Source of the DNA: Bigelowiella natans CCMP2755
Lineage: Eukaryota; Protista; Cercozoa
Direction: 5' to 3'
Assembly (NCBI GenBank): GCA_000320545.1
Contig: ADNK01002058.1
Location: 124,001-188,000 of the forward strand
Length of the DNA stretch: 64,000 bases
The translations under genes were made by a program, and so were the position numbers. This document shows, piece by piece, positions 28,530 through 37,800 of this stretch. The notes under the pieces were generated by a model that was not told the origin of the DNA, ran no database searches, and worked only from the letters and a program-made list of their open reading frames with translations. Numbering within the stretch: position 1 is the first letter of the stretch; each line of letters starts with the position of its first letter.

Positions 28530-30395
28530 AATCAGTCATTATGATTATCTTCCTCTCCTCTTTGCGGTATTCATTGTTCTGCCCTCTCTTCGTAATGGAT
28601 ATAGGTTTTTATTCGCAACCCAGTTACAATTTTCCAATTGGAGGAATTAAGAGAACGGTACTAGTAGTAGTAGTGGTAGGTCTACTAGCAGTGGTATAAT
28701 CATTATCAGAACGATTAAATAGAATGAGGAAGATGGAGAAGGGAAGCAGAGGCAATTTTAATCTGATGATGCCATAGAAATAGAGTGAATTTTTGATGAA
28801 GCAGATGAGGATGTACATTGTTGTTGTTTGCAGTAGTTGTGACGCCGCCGCCTCTTATTATTATTATTGATTAGAAAATTAGATGATTATTGTTGATACC
28901 TCCACAGACGTATTCATGAGCTGGTGACGAAGATACAGGTAAGTTAGTAGTAGTAGTAGTAGTAGTAGTAGGAGGAGGAGGAGGAAGATGATGATGATGA
29001 TGTTGATGATGAGAATGATAATGAGAATGGCGATGAAAAATAAATAATTCATCATGCTTTTCATGATAATCATGCTTGGCATTACTAATGTTAATTTGTT
29101 GCTCTTTCATCTACTGGCACTTAAGTCTGTGTTCAGAGCATGGAAAGCAAGAAAACATCTTCTAGAATTGCGGTAGTAGAGAAGAGAGAGAATCAACACC
29201 ACAAACACACATACATACAGTAGTGATAATCTGATGGATGATATGGATTTATACATCTATGATTATGCATGTACCTGCTCTTTTCGTTTCTTCGTAATAT
29301 TTCTTATCTTCAAAAAGTGATAAAGAAATAGCCGTGTTGACCTCACCGACAGCGGAGCAACAACAACAACAACAACAACAATAACTACGCAGTGAAAAGT
29401 CTCTTGGCCTCTTTGGCACGAATAAGAAAAGGAGAACAGCTTCCATCAGACGATTCTACGTAAGAAGAAACGAAATCACACTAACAACATATCCAAATGG
29501 TGATGGTTATCTATATTCTCTGTAATGATAATAACGACTAGGTTGGCGATTATCTTGGGCTGGCTCGGAACAACATCGTCATGATTAGGTCATGAAGAAG
29601 AAGAAGAAGAAGAAGAAGAAGAAGAAGAAGAAGAGAGGCAAATCTCCGTACCCATGTTATCATTCAGATCATTTACACTACTGCTACTACAACTACGACT
29701 ATGGCGACTACTACTACTATTACATTGAGGACTCACGATGATCTCTTCTTTTACTTATACTACAACTCAACACCAACAATTCTTAGAATTGTGAACAAAC
29801 ACAAGGAATCTCACGTCAAATTTGCGGATTATGTTGAAAAGATCAATAAGAGGTGGTTATGGTTGTAGTGTAGTGGTCGTGGTAGTACAGTAGGAGAAGG
29901 AGTAGTAGAGAAGGAGTGGGGATGCTGATGACGTATTATATTAGATTGTCACATTTATCTTGTCATTTTTGTACGAAGTACAAAGAAGCAGCCTTATGTT
30001 CTCCTCCTCGTCGTCTGTTTCTTTCTTTTTATTATTTATCTTATGATGATAACACACTAGATATAAGGTGCAGACACGTATTCTCCTCCTCACAGAAGGT
30101 ACGTTCCTACTCAATATTCATATAAGATTATTACTAGTTTGTATACTTGCAATGTTATTGTCTATGTGGTAGTAGGAGGGAGAGGAGAAGGCTTTAAAAA
30201 TACAACATTTCTCCTTCCCACTGAAACATTGTGACGATAGTATGGTTACTGAAGTGATGATGATAATGATTATTATTATTAGGAGCTATTTACAACGTGA
30301 AGCCAGGTTCCTTTTCCATGAGGAGAAGAATAGCACTCACAAGGATTGCAGGCGTTTCTCTCAGTACAAAAGCAGACAATTTCATGGTGCGTCGC

Positions 30396-30434
<39 letters not shown>

Positions 30435-30711
30435 TATACATTTATGAATTACACCACCAGCTGCCACCATCAGTAGAGCACAAATGTATGTATGAAACTG
30501 CTACTACTACTAAAGGATGATAAGAGAAACTTATAAAAGTGCAATAATCCCCCAAAATGGTAATAATAGGTCATCCACGTGACCGGAGAATATGATTATT
30601 TGTACATTTGCGAGAGGAAAACAGGTGATAGTATTGATTGGGTGGGGATTGGTTCAGTCCTTGATGGTCACATCGGAATGTAGTATGAGAAAGAAGGAAC
30701 TGCTACTCGTG

Positions 30712-30745
<34 letters not shown>

Positions 30746-31877
30746 CATTATTACGTTTATTTCGTTGGATTGAATCATTTTCCATGATGAATAAGATGGT
30801 GGTGATAATGAAGATAAGTACATTGAAGTCAGTGTTGCTGCAGAATTTCTCACCACACTTGCGGATCTATTTGCGGCGGCGAATGCGGGAAGGAAGCTTC
30901 CTCTTACATTTTCCGATTTAGTCAACTATACAATAGAAGGAGGTTGCGTAGTATAGAGCTATTGCAATATGCCATTTGTAAAAGAATAGCATATAGTACT
31001 ATCAATCTATTACTATTAAGGTGTCAGCCTCGAGTAGTAGTGATGATAAGTGCTATATGTAGTCACAGCAGTAGTAGTAGTAGCAGCAGCAGCAGCAGTA
31101 CTGGTAGTGGTAGAAATAGTAAGTAGTAAGAACACACACATGATAAGCAGACTGGGCAACAGCACTCACAATATTTTACGTAATTCTTTCTGTGTAACAA
31201 GTAAGCAGTGCTGTTTATCCCTGATATTATTTTCTCGTCCAATCTCTCTCCCTTCATTGTTTGCATATTTGCGAAGGAAAAAGACGCCAACTGCGGTTTT
31301 CGGAGAATAAGTCTCAAATGGATGATACGACTTGGAAGGTAATAGCCACGGTGATGATGAAGATGGAAAATTGGACCGATGTGTTTTGTTGTCGATTGTA
31401 GAAAATAATGCATCATCCAGCATCTACCTGAGCAGCTGTTCAGCGTTTCAAATTCCGCCTCCCTCTTCGATATATTCACATATCTAGCTGGTATTATAGA
31501 TAGAAATATGGTCATTGAAGATGTTGGTAACGTCGTTGCGTAGATCGATCCAAATGATAAGGATGCGATGAACATCACATTGGGAAATATTTCCACGGTA
31601 ATAGCTTTCTACTGTTTCTGCAATATAAAGGAATAATTGACCCATGGCTTTATTTAACACCTGAAAATGACACCCATCAATAGTGCAGTATGCCCTATCT
31701 TCTTGCTCTGTCGTCTCCTCCTCCTCCATCATCATTAGCACCATCATCATCATCATCATCATCATTATCATCACCGTTAAGATAATAATCAAACGCTATC
31801 ACAGGTCAACACAAGTGCCATCACCGACAAAATATTCGCTCCTAAGCACAAGAAAGTAGTAGTAGTAGCTGTAGTGC

Positions 31878-31911
<34 letters not shown>

Positions 31912-33046
31912 TAGTAGTGTAGTAGTAGTAGTAGTAGTAGTAGTAGTGTAGTAGTAGTAGCAGTATAGTTCTGATAGTAATGTGATCGTGCAACGGTATC
32001 ACTGGTAGTAGCAGTAGTAGTAGTAGTAGTAGTAGTTGTACAGTAGCATTACACAAAAGAAATGTAGTTGTAGTAGTAGTAGTAGTAGTAGTAGTAGCAG
32101 CTAGTATGTTGGACATTTGTATCTCCAACTATGTAAGTCATTTTCAAATCATAATATATCAAATTCTTACCTATCACAAACATGAAATAATGATGATGAT
32201 GATGATGATGATGATACTTTTTACGAGCTCTCTCATCATGGTGATTATTTTCATTACAATCCTCATCATCATCATCACCATTATATTAATCACATTTGTC
32301 ATCCTTCATATGACATTACCAACAGCTACGTGGATCTCCCGTAACTCCTTTGCCGCGGGTTGATCAAGTGTAGTAGTAGTCGTCGTCGTCGTCGTCGTCG
32401 TAGTAGAAGTTGTTGTAGTAGCAGCATGTTTGCCACTACGTCTTTTGCTACTTATTATGAGTGTATCATCTTGAGAATGAAAAATTCAAAATCGTGATTT
32501 TCACTCTTATTCAATGATCTTCCTTTTGGTGCGAACAAAAGGCCAAGAAAAAAGTTGCAGCAGATATCTGGGCAAAAGGTTCTTGGAACAACAAAATTTT
32601 GTCGTGAAAATGAACAGGAAATGAGGACTAAAAATGTGCAGAATGCATATCCATGCATGCATTTGTGTGTGTGCGTGTGTATCTTTTAATCATCTAAAAG
32701 AGCATCCTTCGTAGCGGCGCCTTTAACGGGTTTTCTTTCTCTTTCTCCTCGTACATGCTGCTTTCAGGCCTATACGACTTTACGGCTGAGGAATCAGAGG
32801 AATTGACATTCAAAGCCGGGGACATGATGAGGATCTTAGAGCAAGATCCCGAGTAAGCAATTATCGTTTTGTAGTATCTCATCCTATTTATCATCAATGT
32901 GACCATCAGCGATTATGAACATCTATCATCATCGTATCCAATGCATCACATTTCAATTCAGGTGGTGGGTTGCCGAAATACATGGGAAACGAGGCTTCGT
33001 GCCTGCCAACTACGTGCAGATTGTGAAAAACCTAGAAAGAGTATGA
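21041..33046 (+). CDS. Class I myosin, long-tailed (motor-IQ-TH1-SH3), very many short exons
   Basis: [29 protein letters not shown]|[28 protein letters not shown]|[35 protein letters not shown]|[38 protein letters not shown]|VFIRNP, TH1 segments ([12 protein letters not shown]; [10 protein letters not shown]) and SH3 [29 protein letters not shown]. Stop at 33044-33046. Confidence 0.95.
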
Positions 33047-33595
33047 GGACGATATATGATGATGATGATGACGATGATGACGATGATGATGACAACGATA
33101 CTTTTGCCTAATCTAGACCAGCCTATTTCTAGATTGCTACACATCATTCAAGCAAGCACATTTAACCGCAATGAGTCGATCAATTGGACTCTTAAGCAAC
33201 TGAGACTTTGTGTGTACGTGTAGCTGCATGCATGTCTAAACGTCTGAGCATGATGGAGCATTTGGCGCGAACATCCATGTCACAATTTACTTCAATTGGT
33301 GCAAAAATCACAAAGAGCTGAAGGAGAAATGACGACAACCGCGACATTGATCTAGACATCCTCTGCTAGCTAGCTAGGCCATGCAAACCAGCAAGCAGCG
33401 GTAGCTAGCTAGCTAGGCGCAGCATGGCCTTGGTGTGGCGGCATGAATGCAGCTCTCTGGGCTCTGCAATCTGCTTTGTCCACCTGATCGCAATGGCACT
33501 GATCTGCAGCTAGCTAGCTAGCGACAGCTCCACTTGCAAAGCTGGAAAGCTGGAAAGACATCAGACATGATGATGAGGCGTTTGTTGCAGCTAGC

Positions 33596-34413
33596 TTGAC
33601 TTCTCAGTTCTGTGGACTCATTGAATTCTCTGCCTGCCAGCCTGCCGGGGAGATGAAACGGGGTCACTTGCTCCCATCGCCAAATCGCTGCAGAAGAAGA
33701 GCACACGTTGAGTTCGAAAAGGGAAACTTCTTGGATTGCCGTGGCAAGTCGTGTTCATTGGAACGTGGTTCGCTAGTTGGTGGCTCAATTTTGTCAAAAT
33801 CAAAAAGCCAGAAAGGACGCGGCGTCGTTGATTCACTTTGCTGTGAACTGGGACTTCATCACAGTTCACATCCGTTGGAACAATTTCACATGAGCGCACG
33901 TGTCATGGGAACATGAGCGCACATGTCATGGGAATGCAGCAGCAAGCAAATCATCCCAGTCAATTGTTGTGACGGATGTTGCCGCAATCGGCCCGTTCCA
34001 TTGGGAGCAGTTGCCAAGTCGCAGTTTCGGTTGTTCAGACACGAAACGGAGGCAGTTTGGTGCAGACGACTTGGCGCGACTTCGGCCATTCCAGCATTGG
34101 AACGGACCGACGACATGATTCAACAGCCCGTCTCATTGGGGAGCCAGGCAGCACTGCGCGACGGGTGGCCAAGCGCAGTTCATGCTGAGTGTTTGAGCAA
34201 GCAGCTCATTGTTTGTTGTGCACGTGACAGGTTTCACTTGATGACACATTGCATCGTTGATGAATCCAACGGATCAAGAGTCCATCACTTGCCGGTGTGC
34301 GGAGAAGCTCTCAGCTGTCAGCTGGATTGATGCAAGCTCTCCGTGAAAACGAAGAGAATTGACAAATTCGATGGCAAGAAGGAAGAGGCCGTGTTTTTCC
34401 TGAAGTCCATGTG
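33596..34413 (+). pseudogene. Degenerate, TpA-depleted coding remnant of unknown identity; left half of the sequence interrupted by the gypsy element
   Basis: Cys/His-rich, Tyr-free frames (33596..33916, 33923..34330) with a 23-bp tandem duplication near 33888-33935. The 33923 frame continues past one TGA to the insertion site and resumes in frame at 40928. Confidence 0.45.
34409..34413 (+). repeat. 5-bp target-site duplication ATGTG (left copy; right copy 40923-40927)
   Basis: cc-ATGTG|tgcaac... at the left end and ...gtcgca|ATGTG-tt at the right end. Confidence 0.95.
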
Positions 34414-34835
34414 TGCAACGGCGGAAAATTCAAAGGAATTTGACCGTTGAAAGTGGTCAATCAAGTCAAGTCAATCCCGTTGAAATGCCCTGCAGTTTTG
34501 GCAGTTTTGGGTTCAGTTGGTGCTGTTAGTTGATGAGCAAATTGAGTCATCAAATGGGAAGCAAGTGGTTTGGGAAAACCAAGTTTGTGTGCACGTAGCT
34601 GCCTCGATTGGTCAATGGCAGCGAACCCGCATCTGGCAGTCAGTTCGCTAGAAGTTTGAAAGCGGTCAGTGTGTTTGTTTGAGCGTGCACATGCGTGTGT
34701 TCTGAAGTCACCAATGTCATCAGGGTTTCATTGTTCATTGGAAAGTTTGATTGTTTTTGCTGAATGAGCGGCGACGAGCTTGCTAGTTTGGCAGAGACAG
34801 AAGCCGACACTGGGAGGTTGCTCTCAGTGGTCGCA
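34414..34835 (+). repeat. 5' LTR
   Basis: Direct repeat of 40501-40922 (offset 6087), differing at 4 sites (7 nt) by manual alignment. Confidence 0.97.
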
Positions 34836-37800
34836 GATGGCAGCGGCGCAGTGGAAGGAAAGGAAAAAGTGCCAGAGGTGATGCACATTGAAACAGGAGG
34901 ACCTGTTGCTGCAGGTGCTACAGGTGACTTGAAGGAATCCAATTGGCAGGAAGTTCTGCTCAGGATGGAAATTGACAAGTTTCGAATGGTCCTGGAAGGG
35001 GTGTCCATCCAGGAGAAACTGGCGGTTGATTTCAACAAGGATGTCCGCAGCTTGCGAGACAATCGCAGTTCCCGTAGGTTCTTCATGGATCGATGTAGTG
35101 ACAAAGGAGTGCCGGAGAAAACGTGGAAATGCTTCACAGAAAATCCGGAAGTAGCGGAGGACTTGATGGACGAGGAAGACGCAACGGTAGCAGAGGAAAA
35201 GAAACAAAATGAAATGCGAGAACAAGACATCGGGGATTACCGAGGAATGTCTCACAGAGCGAAAGCTATGGAAATATTCGGAAAGAAAATCAAGGTGAGG
35301 GGAGAACTAGACCCAGCCTTTATTTACCGTGAAAAGTTTCGGAAGAGGGTGAGAAGAATCCAGAGTCAAATCGTAGGGCACAGCGAACTCTTTGGAGCGG
35401 ATATGAGATTCGGATACGAGTTCTTCCGAACGATATTGTCCCAGGATGCACGGGATAGATTCGACCTGTACGTTAAAAAACAGGAGAAGGAACGGCAATA
35501 CCAAATGGATCATCGCGAGAAACTCGAACAAGGAATACAACACCTGTGTGGCGAAGAGTCCCCGCAAGACACAAGGTTTGGGTTTAACAAGGAGTTTGAT
35601 AAACTGCGAAAGGAGAAATTCAGATTTGTAGACCAAATACATAGCAAATGCAAACAAGTATGCAGTCTGTTCCCGACATACAAGATTGACAGGTACGATA
35701 GGATGAACCATTACAAAATACTATTGCAAAACCACAGATATGGTCGATCCCTACTCCTAGCTATGGCACATTACGATACCACGGGTATGACTCCAGCCGA
35801 ACTCTTCAAACAGCTGAGAATTAGAGAGGAAATAATTCAGGAGTCACAACCGAAATACAATAGTGTGAATGCAATTGGAATGGAAGGGAATAAGAAGAAG
35901 AAGATCTGCTTCAACTTCCACAAAAAAGGAACTTGTCGATATGGAAATGAATGCAAATATAGTCATGAGAAAGGAGGGAAGTCTAACAGGCTGTGCAAAT
36001 ATATTAGAGAGGGAAAATGTAAATGGGGCAAGAGATGTAGATTCTCGCACGACCTAGGGGATAAAGCGGCAAATTTGTCGAAGGTCACAGTGGATGCGAG
36101 TTACCCCAAAGTAAACCCTAGCCCCCATCCCTCTTCTAATACCTTGAATAGTGACTGGAGGGAATCCGGCAAGGACGTAGTGCAAACTGTGGAAAACGAT
36201 ATGACAGAGTTAGCAAAAGTAAATATCCCACAGGTCAACATCGCCTCTAAGCCCTACAATGCAAATGAGTCTTTACGCCAACGCAATGTGCTAAGGGTAT
36301 TTGTGGAAGGCAAGAGTGGACCTGCTGAGATGAAAGCACTCCTTGACGATGGATCGCAGCCTACCACCATTAGCCTGCAAAAGATCAAATTGCTCAGTAA
36401 GCTAGGTGTAAAAATGAAAAGGACAAAGATGAGTGGCCAGGTTAGAGGTTTAAGTACTACCTGTGTCCGCATGGAGGGTGAGGTGGAATTTGAGATAAGA
36501 GTGAAGTGCAAAACCGCTCGGGGGGGATACGTAAGGCTCAGGATTTTTGCTATAGTCCTGGATGGGAATGTAAACTTTGACTTTATAATTGGCCAAGATG
36601 TGAGAAACCTATACCGCATCATGTCGTACCCAGACCCCAAACCCGAACACCGTAAAGTCACAATTGATGGCACACCTGTTTGCTCTTATCCCTGCACTTC
36701 TCACCTTCGAAATGCGAACTCACTTATACTGGAAAGCAACTTGCTGGCCTTACCTGCAGTAGCCCAGGATACGGGTATTAACGAAGGTAAACGAAACAAA
36801 GCTAAAAGGCTATTAAATTCATGTCTAGTCCATGAAACACTCGACCTGTTAGATGCAGCGGATTCCCGATTGAGAGAGTGCGACCACGTCTGCGGTACGG
36901 GGGTACCTGATGAGGAAATTAAACATAGTCTCGGTAAGATCGTATCGCTCCAATACGTCCATAGAGAATCAGAACGTACCAATGCGGAACTTGCTTCGGG
37001 AGACTGCTTGCGTATGCTGAACAGAGTAGAGAAAGAGTTCCGCGCGGGTTCTACACTCATGACGTCAAGAGAACAACTTTATTACCTACGTCGTGTCCTG
37101 TGTCGTTATTCGTCGCGATTTGTGGAAAATATACCTGAGACAGGAGAATTACGTATGCCGAAACATGAAGTCCACGATTACCTTCTACCAGGAAAGAAAT
37201 TTATGCACCAAAAGGCTTACCGATTGCCCCCGGACAGATTAAATGCGATGGAGACTAAGTTAGAAGAACTGGAAAAACATGGGTTGTGTTATAAAGTGTC
37301 GAATGAAGAAAAAGTAATAGCCACTTCACCTGCATTTCCTGTCTGGGACAAAGGCAAGAGTACCTGTCGGGTGGTTATTAGCATGAAAAAGGTCAACGAT
37401 GCTGTGGAATTGATGTACTTCGTTATGCCGATAACGGAAAACACCATGCGGAAAGTAATGACGAAAAACTGGGTGATATCAACCGACGCTAAATCAGGCT
37501 GGCCACAGATAGGGTGCACAAAGAAAACGCAAATGACCTTCGTATTTGTAACTCAGAAATGTGCTAGATCAAGTTTGGGCCTACCATTTGGATGTAAAAA
37601 TGCTCCTCAGATGTTTGCGTGGTTGATGATCCAAATTGTCAAAGGACTCAACGACACTGTGGTTCATGTGGATGATTACTACAACATGGGGGACACGTTC
37701 ATGGCAGCATTGTTAGAGTTTACCAGATTTATGCAGAGGGCTGAGACCAAGAACTTGTACCTATCTGCTAAAAAATTACAAGCGTTTCCAAAAGAGTTAT

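Noticed and set aside
59-33111. Many short ORFs with poly-I/M/S/H or YI/RE/CV runs
   Set aside because: They are translations of intronic microsatellites.
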